In this document: piece by piece, positions 1 through 8,372 of the stretch
How positions within the stretch are numbered: the stretch's first letter is position 1
Layout: the number at the start of each line of letters is the position of its first letter
Origin: a virus
Virus record (IMG/VR): IMGVR_UViG_3300029906_000187
Location: 537-64,536 of that record
Length of the DNA stretch: 64,000 nucleotides
Direction: 5' to 3' (one strand)
Notes under the pieces: model-generated
The model's input: only the letters and a program-made list of their open reading frames with translations
Databases searched by the model: none
What the model was told of the DNA's origin: nothing
Made by a program: the position numbers and the translations under genes

Positions 1-827
1 AGACTGTTAAACAGAGCATCTCTCAATCTGATGATGTGTGCGGAGCGCTCCTGCATATTTTGGCAGGCCTCCTCCAGTGCGGCAGCCATGGCACAGATCC
101 CCGGCATATTCTCGGTTCCTGCTCGCCTTCCTCTCTCCTGCGCGCCGCCCAGAATCAGGCTTTTCACGGGTGCGGTATTTCGCGCGTACAGCGTTCCAGT
201 TCCCTTGATGCCGCCGAATTTATGGGCGGACATGGTCAGGAAATCCACTTTCAGCTCCTTCATATCGATTGGCAAATGCCCAACTGCCTGTACTGCATCG
301 GTGTGAAACCACACCCGCATTTCCCGGCAGATTCTCCCGATTTCAGCAATCGGCTGCACCGTTCCGATCTCGTTGTTGACAAACATCACCGAAACCAGAC
401 AGGTATCATTTCGGATGGCCGCCCGCACCTGCTCCGGCTCGATGATTCCGCTTTCCGGTACCTCCAGCAGCGTCACCTCAAAGCCCCGCCTGCGCAGATC
501 CTCCAGCGGGAGCAGTACCGAATGATGCTCAAACGCTGTGGACACAATATGCCGCTTTCCGTAGTTCTTCATCATTTCCGCAACCGACAGGATTGCCTGA
601 TTGTTGGCTTCGCTGCCGCCGGATGTAAAATAGATTTCTTTTGCGTCGGCCCCGATGCATCGGGCTACCGTTTCTCTGGCCGCGGCAAGCAGCTCTGCTG
701 CCCGTCTCCCCTCTGTGTGCAGACTGGACGGATTGCCATATCCATCTGTCATACACGCGGTTGCCGCTTTTATGGCCGCCTCACACGGCCTTGTCGTCGC
801 GGCGTTGTCTGCGTAGATGCGTTTCAA
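1..827 (-). CDS. iscS: Cysteine desulfurase (IscS/NifS, PLP-dependent class V aminotransferase); 3' end beyond the window
   Basis: Manual translation from TTG at 827 (GGGGAGG RBS): MKRIYADNAATT...GNPSSLH...FTSGGSEANN...EHHSV...NNEIGTVQP...HTDAVQAVG...SAHKFGG...GGAQERGRRAGTEN. Absent from the ORF track because no stop lies in the window. Confidence 0.95.
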   Translation of the reverse strand, partial: MKRIYADNAATTRPCEAAIKAATACMTDGYGNPSSLHTEGRRAAELLAAARETVARCIGADAKEIYFTSGGSEANNQAILSVAEMMKNYGKRHIVSTAFEHHSVLLPLEDLRRRGFEVTLLEVPESGIIEPEQVRAAIRNDTCLVSVMFVNNEIGTVQPIAEIGRICREMRVWFHTDAVQAVGHLPIDMKELKVDFLTMSAHKFGGIKGTGTLYARNTAPVKSLILGGAQERGRRAGTENMPGICAMAAALEEACQNMQERSAHIIRLRDALFNS

Positions 828-1702
828 AGTACGTCCTCCCCATCAAACATCGTTAATTGCCGCGGATCATCTCCGACCCACCAGCGCATCACTGATTCCC
901 CGTCTTTCCAGATGTCATTTTCCGGTAAGCCTTTTTCCTGTTTACGCAGAAGCATCCGGTCAAACGCACGCACATAATTCTCTCTGTATTTCGGATACCG
1001 CAAAAACTCTTTCTTCATACGCGCGTATCCGCCCAAAGGACACCCGATGCACCCGATTCTGTGGAACCCGCAATGATACAGGGGATTTCCCTTGCAGCCG
1101 TAATGATGCAGAAAGCTCCATACATCCTCATCTGTCCAATCGATGATGGGGTTCACCATCGTTGTGGTTGTCCGATAGCAGTGCTCCACAAACCGCCTGC
1201 TCTCATCGTTGTCATCGTTTAAGATCAATCCGCCCTGCTTGCTTACACGGTGATTGATTCCTTCCTCTTCTGCCTGTTTCCGTGTGGTTTTCTCTTTTCC
1301 GATGATTTTGACCAATCCAGCACTTTCTCTCCGCTTGGGGCTCTCCGACCAGCGAACGCCTGTGATTCTGATCCTTCCGTCTCCACCACGTTCTTTCAGT
1401 TTCTCGCAGCAATATCTGGCCAATCTCGTTGGCGGCATCCCTTTTTCCACAATCAATTGCCACATGGTTTTTTGAGGGAAGCTGATGATCACGTCCTTCT
1501 GGCTCTTGATGTAATATACCGTCTCCGGTGCGTCCACTGTGGTCAGATTGTGGTATGCTTCAAATTTCACCCCGGAAAGCTCTGCCAGAATCTTGATGCA
1601 ATCGCTGTCCTTGCCGCCGGAATAACAAAGATAGTACGGTTCCGAGGATGGCTCGAATGCCTGTAGGTACGCGATCGCGCGCTTTTCTTTTTCTGTGTTC
1701 AA
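824..1702 (-). CDS. PAPS-reductase-family (PP-loop, DndC/SspD-like) protein
   Basis: SGGKDS PP-loop, RYCCEKLKE, TGVRWSES, NPIIDWT, RIGCIGCP. Confidence 0.9.
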   Translation of the reverse strand: MNTEKEKRAIAYLQAFEPSSEPYYLCYSGGKDSDCIKILAELSGVKFEAYHNLTTVDAPETVYYIKSQKDVIISFPQKTMWQLIVEKGMPPTRLARYCCEKLKERGGDGRIRITGVRWSESPKRRESAGLVKIIGKEKTTRKQAEEEGINHRVSKQGGLILNDDNDESRRFVEHCYRTTTTMVNPIIDWTDEDVWSFLHHYGCKGNPLYHCGFHRIGCIGCPLGGYARMKKEFLRYPKYRENYVRAFDRMLLRKQEKGLPENDIWKDGESVMRWWVGDDPRQLTMFDGEDVL

Positions 1703-1721
1703 TATTCCGCTCCTTTATTTC

Positions 1722-1997
1722 TTATAACAAACCGTACAGCTTGTCATAATCGACTTGATGGTTATTGACATCTTTGCCTTCATAAGAATATAGTGTTTCT
1801 TGTAACTTGTTCCAGTCGCGCAACGCCAGATACGCGCTTTCGTAATTTCCAAGTTCTGAACCACGTCCACATTTCGGACAATATGCGGAATAACGTTGAC
1901 CGAATGATACTGTCATCCTCGGCATTCCATCGTATGAATCTTTTATATAATCAACTGGCACTGAACATACGCATGGCAGGATTTTATCGACTTTCAT
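1722..1997 (-). CDS. Small Cys-containing protein, Lar (restriction alleviation)-like
   Basis: CVC...YCPKCG...ALRDWN pattern resembles Lar-family zinc ribbons. Confidence 0.4.
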   Translation of the reverse strand: MKVDKILPCVCSVPVDYIKDSYDGMPRMTVSFGQRYSAYCPKCGRGSELGNYESAYLALRDWNKLQETLYSYEGKDVNNHQVDYDKLYGLL

Positions 1998-2239
1998 TTT
2001 TTAATCTCTCCATGTTCAAAACTCCGATCCTTTTTAGATTCGAACCAGTATTTCCCGATTACTCTAATTCCACAATAAATATAGCCAATTCCTGTTTCTC
2101 TGTTGTAAATGAAATTCAAATCATTTGACATGCAGTACTTTCTAACTTGTCTTTCCAAAAAATCATAGGTTAATTCGCCTTTGCATTCTCTCTCAAAACT
2201 CAAATTGTAGCGTCCAACTTTTTCGAAATGTACAATCAT
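1994..2239 (-). CDS. Hypothetical phage protein
   Basis: 81-aa ORF tightly packed in the operon. Confidence 0.6.
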   Translation of the reverse strand: MIVHFEKVGRYNLSFERECKGELTYDFLERQVRKYCMSNDLNFIYNRETGIGYIYCGIRVIGKYWFESKKDRSFEHGEIKK

Positions 2240-2240
2240 G

Positions 2241-2453
2241 TCACACCATCCATTTTCGCTCCACAGTTTGGGTAATAATCGTGTGGATCATGTTTTCATT
2301 TACAAAATATCGTGCTAATGCCTCTTTCCCTTCCTTGATTCTGTCAGTTACAGATGTAGGAACTTTTGTATCAGATTTTTCCCGAACTGACTGCATCTTT
2401 TTGACCGCTTTAGGATTCAATATAAACGTTTTTCTAAAAGACGATGTTGCCAT
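2241..2453 (-). CDS. Hypothetical protein
   Basis: AAGGAGG RBS; 70 aa. Confidence 0.6.
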   Translation of the reverse strand: MATSSFRKTFILNPKAVKKMQSVREKSDTKVPTSVTDRIKEGKEALARYFVNENMIHTIITQTVERKWMV

Positions 2454-2510
2454 TCTTGTGCCTCCTTATTTTTTATTTTCCTGTATTTCCTTCATCAATC
2501 GCGTCTCTGA

Positions 2511-3140
2511 CTATTCCCATGTTTTATCCTCCACATACATCCAAGACTGTGGCGGACGGGTAATAGGAACATATTGTGTTCTGTCCTCAAACGCCCATCC
2601 GAAAGCGTTATCATATGTTTTGTCATGCTTATAAAACTCGCACAATTCTTTCGGATTATCGTAGATGTTGATGTCTGATATATGCCATCCGTAAAAGGTA
2701 TTACAGCCCTGACCGACATACCTTCTAAGTTCATCCCAAGACAAGCACGATTTCTTACAGAGGTAGTTTTCCTCTCCGTTTTCCGCAACATAGTAGTTCT
2801 TGATATCGGGGAATCCTTCCCAATCTGCCTCGTGAACGATCCTGACTATGCGCTCATATGTATCATCGTCCCAAAATTCACTCTCGAACTCGTCAATTTC
2901 GTTACATAGAAACTCGCCTATTACTTTTCCTTTTCGTTCGCTCCAATTTTCCCTATTATACTTTGCAATGTCTTTTTCCCAACTTGCAAATGCCTCATTC
3001 ATGCCTTGCAAAGTGCAATATATGTAGCACTTAAACGGAATTTCAATTCTGGGTCGTGTTCGTCTAATTTCGACTGTCTTCTTTCTGCTTGCTATCAAAT
3101 CACACCACTTTGGGTGTATGCTTATCATTACGCTTTTCAT
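2511..3140 (-). CDS. ASCH-domain protein
   Basis: Start revised to MKSVMISIHPKWCDLIASRKKTVEIRRTRP; GKVIGEF; C-terminal PPQSWMYV. Confidence 0.8.
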   Translation of the reverse strand: MKSVMISIHPKWCDLIASRKKTVEIRRTRPRIEIPFKCYIYCTLQGMNEAFASWEKDIAKYNRENWSERKGKVIGEFLCNEIDEFESEFWDDDTYERIVRIVHEADWEGFPDIKNYYVAENGEENYLCKKSCLSWDELRRYVGQGCNTFYGWHISDINIYDNPKELCEFYKHDKTYDNAFGWAFEDRTQYVPITRPPQSWMYVEDKTWE

Positions 3141-3411
3141 TTTCCATTCCTCCATCCATTTTCGATCCGCAATGTGGACAATATTCATAAGGTCTATCCC
3201 AAATCGCATAACAAACTGAACAACGATAATAGCCCGTAGCAAAAATGGAATCTTCACACGTTCCATGCCTGACTTCCTGCACATCAACGTCCGGCCGGCT
3301 TTCTATAAACGATTCGATCCAGTCTGCATTATAACAATTCAGAAGATATTTTTCTCCTCCGTTCAGTTCCTTGAAATCCTCTAACATTTTGTCAGCGTCA
3401 ATATATCGCAT
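3100..3411 (-). CDS. Phage zinc-ribbon hypothetical protein
   Basis: MRYIDAD...VRHG...CSVC...YCPHCGSKMDG; GAGGAG RBS upstream of ATG 3411. Confidence 0.7.
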   Translation of the reverse strand: MRYIDADKMLEDFKELNGGEKYLLNCYNADWIESFIESRPDVDVQEVRHGTCEDSIFATGYYRCSVCYAIWDRPYEYCPHCGSKMDGGMENEKRNDKHTPKVV

Positions 3412-3427
3412 TCTTTGCTCCTCCTCT

Positions 3428-3763
3428 CTAAAATGGAAGTGGATAGGCGATTGAATTCGCATCAATCGCGTGATCATCAAGATAGATGTCCGCGTATATT
3501 TTCCGGCAGTCAGAGCCGCCGTGCAGCTCTATGATTTCAGGCGCGTTCTGGTTGATGTAGTCAAATTCCAGCCCGACACTGCGGCAAGCGTCCACGGCCT
3601 CCTCCAGAGCCTTTCCCTCTCTGCATGTCCAGAGGATCAGGCAGCAGCCTTCACGCTTCCTTTGGCGGCACCACTTGATAACTTTTCTGATAGGCCATAA
3701 GATGTCTGGGTAATCGGTCGCAAAAAGCGTTCCGTCAAAGTCAACTGCAATGATTTTTCTCAT
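3428..3763 (-). CDS. HAD-superfamily hydrolase
   Basis: IAVDFDGT, LWTCR, KIYADIYLDD motifs. Confidence 0.8.
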   Translation of the reverse strand: MRKIIAVDFDGTLFATDYPDILWPIRKVIKWCRQRKREGCCLILWTCREGKALEEAVDACRSVGLEFDYINQNAPEIIELHGGSDCRKIYADIYLDDHAIDANSIAYPLPF

Positions 3764-3791
3764 GATGTATTTTCCTGTTCAACAAATTTAG

Positions 3792-3831
3792 CAAGGATTC
3801 CCCCGCCTCTCCAAGTGGGGGAGGATGTCAC
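3792..3831. mobile_element. Solo IS200/IS605-type terminal hairpin (remnant)
   Basis: GGATTCCCCCGC-CTCTCCAA-GTGGGGGAGGATGTCAC resembles IS605-family end palindromes; no tnpA/tnpB nearby. Confidence 0.4.
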
Positions 3832-3876
3832 CATCTTGCATGCTATCACTCCATCCATTTTCGCGCTCTCGCTTCC

Positions 3877-4431
3877 TCACTTGCAGAAATACGGTTTGAA
3901 TATATCGACGAAACTGTGCCATGTCTCTTTGAGGAGTGCCGCCCACTTCTTTCGCAGGGGTTCATATGGTTTTGGCGGGCTGAATATTCTTTTCGCTTCA
4001 AGCCCCAACATATAGACACTTTCGACATAGCAATCTTCGTCAAGAGCATACGGCTTGCCGTCTGCACCTTTCTCCATCTTTCCGTTAGTGTCTTTGTGGC
4101 AGATAGCATACTTTGCGTCGATTTGCTCACGGAACGCTTCTAGGAACTTTTGCTCGTTGTCGAACCATTCTTCTATATCTTCGCAAGCACCATCGTACCG
4201 GTGATTTTCGAGGTACTGCATCTTCTTGCGCTTTCCCCATCCGAGGATAAAGCGAATGGGTGGAATCAAGCGGCAAGTGTCCCGCAAATCCCCGAAAATA
4301 TAGCATCCGGCATCGTCGTATTCGTCACATCCCAGCAGATATTCGCCGCCCCAGCAGAACGGGCATTTGTCGCAATGGTACTCGCCCTTTATGTACCATT
4401 CGACGGCTTCGCTTTTCTTCTTTTTCTTCAT
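3877..4431 (-). CDS. Cys-rich hypothetical protein
   Basis: 184-aa ORF with CDKCPFC. Confidence 0.7.
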   Translation of the reverse strand: MKKKKKSEAVEWYIKGEYHCDKCPFCWGGEYLLGCDEYDDAGCYIFGDLRDTCRLIPPIRFILGWGKRKKMQYLENHRYDGACEDIEEWFDNEQKFLEAFREQIDAKYAICHKDTNGKMEKGADGKPYALDEDCYVESVYMLGLEAKRIFSPPKPYEPLRKKWAALLKETWHSFVDIFKPYFCK

Positions 4432-4494
4432 CTCGGTTTCTCCATTTTCTCCATTTCCGCCCTATCCTTGTTTGAAATCAATCCTTATCTTCGC

Positions 4495-5412
4495 CTATAG
4501 GTAGAATTTGTGAGATTCACACCATTCCCCCCAGTCTATTTTCCTCCACTGCCCGGAATAAATATATTTCTGCGCCATCACGTTCTGCCATTTTTTCGGC
4601 ATGATACCCTTTCTCTGATCTTTGTACGGCATCCCATACAGGGTTGCTGTTTTCAACTTCCGCATCGCATATATCCGCTCCAGATCGTCCTGCAAATCAT
4701 CTGTCAGCAGACAGTAAATAAACAGCTTGGAATGAGGAATACCCCTTTCAGCAAGCATGTCTGCGGCTTTATACATGCCGTCGATCTGTGCTTTGCGGTC
4801 TACGGAAAACCGAATATATTTTTGCCACTTGCACCGAGCTAAAATATCCGCTGTTTCCGGCGTTACCAAAAACACACTCATTGCCTGATTGATGTCAAGC
4901 CTATAATCCGTCTCGGCCAGTTGCCGGAGCTGCTCAATCCCATGCGGACACGCGAGGATGTTATTGTCCATCAACGTCAGTTTATTTGTATCCTTTCGCA
5001 CAATTTCCCGCCATGTGCGATAGGGCTTGATCTCTCCCTCTTTTTGCGGGACATAGCACCAAGGGCATTTGTTCGGGCAACCTCTGGTCAGGAAGCCAAT
5101 TGCATAGTCGCAATCCGGATAAATCGAATAGTCTGGAAACATGCGGTCAATCTCGTCCGGGAGGTTTTCATAGATTCCATAGCCTGTTCCGCCCTTAATT
5201 GTGTGCTCCGGGAGATATGGATTTTCCGGGGTAAAGTCAAACACCTTGCTGGAATAGACCAGATCATACAAGTGCCGTTCAATTGCCGAAAACCACACGA
5301 CAGTATCCCCAAGTCGTTTGTGATATGCAGATAGCTTCATCAGCGCATAGTTCGGAAATTTTTTATAGGTTCCAAAATGATCCGCTTCCGCATCGTGTAA
5401 CGCAACAAGCAT
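4495..5412 (-). CDS. Radical SAM protein
   Basis: TRGCPNKCPWC (CxxxCxxC) and DNN motif. Confidence 0.85.
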   Translation of the reverse strand: MLVALHDAEADHFGTYKKFPNYALMKLSAYHKRLGDTVVWFSAIERHLYDLVYSSKVFDFTPENPYLPEHTIKGGTGYGIYENLPDEIDRMFPDYSIYPDCDYAIGFLTRGCPNKCPWCYVPQKEGEIKPYRTWREIVRKDTNKLTLMDNNILACPHGIEQLRQLAETDYRLDINQAMSVFLVTPETADILARCKWQKYIRFSVDRKAQIDGMYKAADMLAERGIPHSKLFIYCLLTDDLQDDLERIYAMRKLKTATLYGMPYKDQRKGIMPKKWQNVMAQKYIYSGQWRKIDWGEWCESHKFYL

Positions 5413-5427
5413 AACACCCCTCCATTT

Positions 5428-5622
5428 TCACTTCCACTCAATCCGTATCTTCGCAAGTGTGTCATCGTACCGGACGGATATATCCACGTAATCCGGCAGC
5501 ACATCTGACGGCAGGCGGAAATCACGTAATTCGCGCTCAATCCTCCGCAGAATGCGGGCTTTCACTTCCGATTCCGCATCTTCCGGCAGATTCATGCCGA
5601 TCTGCTCACCTGTTGATGTCAT
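5428..5622 (-). CDS. Hypothetical protein
   Basis: 64-aa ORF overlapping the upstream stop (ATGA). Confidence 0.55.
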   Translation of the reverse strand: MTSTGEQIGMNLPEDAESEVKARILRRIERELRDFRLPSDVLPDYVDISVRYDDTLAKIRIEWK

Positions 5623-6575
5623 TTCAGTTTGATTCCCGTGATTTCTTCAAAAATATCCGCGTCAAAGTTCGGCATACTCCGGACGATCTTTTTGTCCTTC
5701 TCTGACAGGTGCTCCCACCAAAGCTGGCAGGCTTCTTCATATGAGTAATCTTTCAGGTATCCATCGATCATTTCTTTATCATGATTCGCTTGTATTTCTT
5801 CTTTTGTATATTCAACCCATTCTGTCAAAATAAATTTACCGGAGCACATCGCTCTGTAATATTCTGAATTTAGAAACTCGGTATATGTTAGATTTGTGTC
5901 TTTATTGAATAGTCGAACTGTTGGCTCCACTGTACAAAAGAATCCGGTAGAATGATCGCATTTGTTGAACATTCCCGTGTTCCAGTCTCCGCTGTTCCGG
6001 TCTCCGCTGTTCCGGTAGCCGCTGTTCCAGTCTCCGCTGTTCCGGTCTCCGCTGTTCCGGTAGCCGCTGTTCCAGTCACCGCTGTTCAGGCTACCGTTGT
6101 TCAGGCTACCGCTGTTCCAGTTACCGCTGTTCCAGTTACCGCTGTTCCAGTTACCGCTGTTCCAGTTACCGCTGTTCCAGTTACCGCTGTTCCAGCTACC
6201 GCTGTTCCAGTTACCGCTGTTCCGGTTGCCGCTGTTCCAGCAACCAGTATTGAATAATCTGGTATTCCCGTTGATAAGTCCCTTCAATATATCGAGTTCT
6301 TCTCCAGTGATCTCACGCAATATCCGAATATGATTGCTTCCGCATTTTTCTCCATCCGAAACTTCTTCGCCGAGCACCTCTATCTCGCAAAATCGATTGG
6401 TGTCATCATTACATGAATAGTATTCATGCACCTTTTGCAGACTGTCGCAATAGTGAAAAACCGTATCGCTGCATAATTCTAACGGCTTCCCGTGTGTATC
6501 GATCTTGTATTCCTTCCCTATCTCAAACTGAAAGCCGCGGCATTTCAGATCTTTGTCAAAGCCTTTGATTTTCAT
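5619..6575 (-). CDS. Pentapeptide-repeat (NSGxW) phage protein
   Basis: Start revised to MKIKGFDKDLKCRGFQFEIG (GGAGG RBS); 19 NSGxW-type repeats. Confidence 0.85.
   Translation of the reverse strand: MKIKGFDKDLKCRGFQFEIGKEYKIDTHGKPLELCSDTVFHYCDSLQKVHEYYSCNDDTNRFCEIEVLGEEVSDGEKCGSNHIRILREITGEELDILKGLINGNTRLFNTGCWNSGNRNSGNWNSGSWNSGNWNSGNWNSGNWNSGNWNSGNWNSGSLNNGSLNSGDWNSGYRNSGDRNSGDWNSGYRNSGDRNSGDWNTGMFNKCDHSTGFFCTVEPTVRLFNKDTNLTYTEFLNSEYYRAMCSGKFILTEWVEYTKEEIQANHDKEMIDGYLKDYSYEEACQLWWEHLSEKDKKIVRSMPNFDADIFEEITGIKLK
5967..6251 (-). repeat. 19 x 15-bp in-frame tandem repeat
   Basis: Unit TTACCGCTGTTCCAG; five exact copies at 6121-6195 and a duplicated 45-bp block. Confidence 0.95.
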
Positions 6576-6713
6576 TTTTTTCCTCCACACCCGCGCAGAG
6601 CCGTTTACAGGCCTCTGGCGGCATTTCTTGTTTTCAATGTTCAGATGTACCATTTTACGGCTTGCGTTCAATTCTACCGCATCCTTGCGTCTCTGCGCGG
6701 GCATTGGACAACT

Positions 6714-7133
6714 CTATTCTATGGCTCCCACGGATATTTCCAGATATGGATTCCCGCCGGTATAATATTTCTCCACGCGCAGATCAACCACCTGACGGTC
6801 ATCCAGATAACATACTCCGTTCAGCGCGTCCAGAATGGCCTTCGCGCAATTGTCCACATCCGGCTTTGTGGTCGGGCGAATGCGGTGCTCTGCCGCCGCC
6901 AGCTTGTCCTTCTTGGTGTAGGATTTTGGTATCGCATAAAACGCGGTAATCCGCAACACGATCAGAGCGTCCCCAAGATATTGCCCTCCGGCCGCAGTGT
7001 AGCTCCAGCGCACCAAATCCTCAAAGCTCTTGGTTTTCTCCGGAGTGATGCTTCGCATCTTCCCGGAGCGCTTGTCATAAAACGTGCGCGCCCGCTGCTT
7101 CCCGAACGGCTGCGCTTCTACCCGGAAGATCAT
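6714..7133 (-). CDS. rusA: RusA-family Holliday junction resolvase
   Basis: KPDVDNCAKAILDALNG...DDRQVV. Confidence 0.92.
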   Translation of the reverse strand: MIFRVEAQPFGKQRARTFYDKRSGKMRSITPEKTKSFEDLVRWSYTAAGGQYLGDALIVLRITAFYAIPKSYTKKDKLAAAEHRIRPTTKPDVDNCAKAILDALNGVCYLDDRQVVDLRVEKYYTGGNPYLEISVGAIE

Positions 7134-7357
7134 ATCAAAACCGCCTCTCTGTCCAGATAAGCATCAATGCAGCACAGTCCGATCACCTGTTCGTTGATGA
7201 CCCAATACTGGCTGACAACGCGCTTTCCGCATTCGTGGCAGACAACAGCTCCCGGACGCTTTTCCGGCGGGATTTCCATGTCATCTTCCGGGACATCGCG
7301 GCTCCGGCACCTTCCGCAGCAGTCGCACTCGTAAGCAAAATTCAGCCGGCAGAACAT
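7130..7357 (-). CDS. Cys-rich hypothetical protein
   Basis: CDCCGRC...CHECG...CCID; start inferred. Confidence 0.55.
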   Translation of the reverse strand: MFCRLNFAYECDCCGRCRSRDVPEDDMEIPPEKRPGAVVCHECGKRVVSQYWVINEQVIGLCCIDAYLDREAVLI

Positions 7358-7509
7358 TCGTCCCACACTTCCAGATAAGTTTCGGTCTGGCTTTTCCCTT
7401 CCCGACGGACACGGAGGACTTTTACGGCATAGCCGTTCTTGATCAAGACGCCGGCGACCGCGATCCTGTCCGCTTCGTTCGATACTCTGATTCGCATTCT
7501 GTTTTCCAT
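7342..7509 (-). CDS. Hypothetical protein
   Basis: MENRMRIRV...; AAGGAG RBS. Confidence 0.6.
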   Translation of the reverse strand: MENRMRIRVSNEADRIAVAGVLIKNGYAVKVLRVRREGKSQTETYLEVWDECSAG

Positions 7510-7511
7510 TT

Positions 7512-8363
7512 TTAACTCCTTTTGCCCTTGTTGTATGCCGCAGTGGATCTCTGTGAGGATGACAATACCGGAACGACAATACACATCTCTTTGAGACGGT
7601 CATATACCCGCAGTCCGAACCGTTCCCTCATTTCCTCTGTCGTCGCATTTGTAGTGACCACAATCGGTAACTTTTCCCCATAGCGGTGATCCACAATTTC
7701 AAAAATTCTCTCCAGTGCCCAGTCGGTCAGTTTTTCAGCGCCAAGATCATCCAGAACCGTTAAGGGGGCATTCTTGAATTGTTCCATGATGTCACGGGAG
7801 CGCACCTCAGTATCCGCAAATTCCCGTTTCAGTTCTGACAAGAGACTGACTGTGGACGAAAACATGACGGGCGATGTATTGGTCGGCAACCTTGTGCCAC
7901 AACCAATGTCGTATGCGTAATCGTCCGGTATTGGCGCCCCGGAAATGACAGCATTGGCAATCGAGGCAGCCAGATGCGTCTTACCGCTTCCAACGCCTCC
8001 GCACAGGATCAGTCCAACCCCATCCATCGGATTATCACACTTCCAGAATTGTTCCGTAAACTTCAAGGAGATTTCAAGTGCCTTTTCCTGCCCGTTTCTC
8101 GGCACAAAGTTTTCAAGTTTGCAATCCGCCCATCGTTTCCGCAATCCACTGTTTTTCAACCGATTTCCAATGATGACGCCCCGTCCCCGCACAATGGTTT
8201 CCTGCCTCTCTTTTGCCTTCCGCTCTTTGACGCATATGCAAGCATCGGGAATCCTCATGATTCCTTGGAACATGCCGGTATCCAATACGCCGACGCGCAA
8301 AGGTCTTCCGCAGTCTGGACAATATTCCCCGGTCTCCTCAAAGTGTAATGTCTGCCTTTCCAA
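7512..8363 (-). CDS. DnaC/IstB-like AAA+ helicase loader
   Basis: N-terminal CPDCG/CIC; GGVGSGKTHLA Walker A; LDDLGAE Walker B; VTTN; RVYDRL. Confidence 0.9.
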   Translation of the reverse strand: MERQTLHFEETGEYCPDCGRPLRVGVLDTGMFQGIMRIPDACICVKERKAKERQETIVRGRGVIIGNRLKNSGLRKRWADCKLENFVPRNGQEKALEISLKFTEQFWKCDNPMDGVGLILCGGVGSGKTHLAASIANAVISGAPIPDDYAYDIGCGTRLPTNTSPVMFSSTVSLLSELKREFADTEVRSRDIMEQFKNAPLTVLDDLGAEKLTDWALERIFEIVDHRYGEKLPIVVTTNATTEEMRERFGLRVYDRLKEMCIVVPVLSSSQRSTAAYNKGKRS

Positions 8364-8372
8364 TTTTCCACC

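Noticed and set aside
36-977. 313-aa plus-strand ORF
   Set aside because: Shadow of the minus-strand cysteine desulfurase; no RBS or motifs
824-5412. 7-deazaguanine modification cluster
   Set aside because: No FolE, QueD or DpdA visible; the PP-loop protein has PAPS-reductase rather than QueC motifs
5967-6251. AAC-rich pentapeptide array as a second DGR template or CRISPR
   Set aside because: In-frame coding tandem repeat with no spacers and no partner VR; similarity to TR is limited to AACTGGAAC
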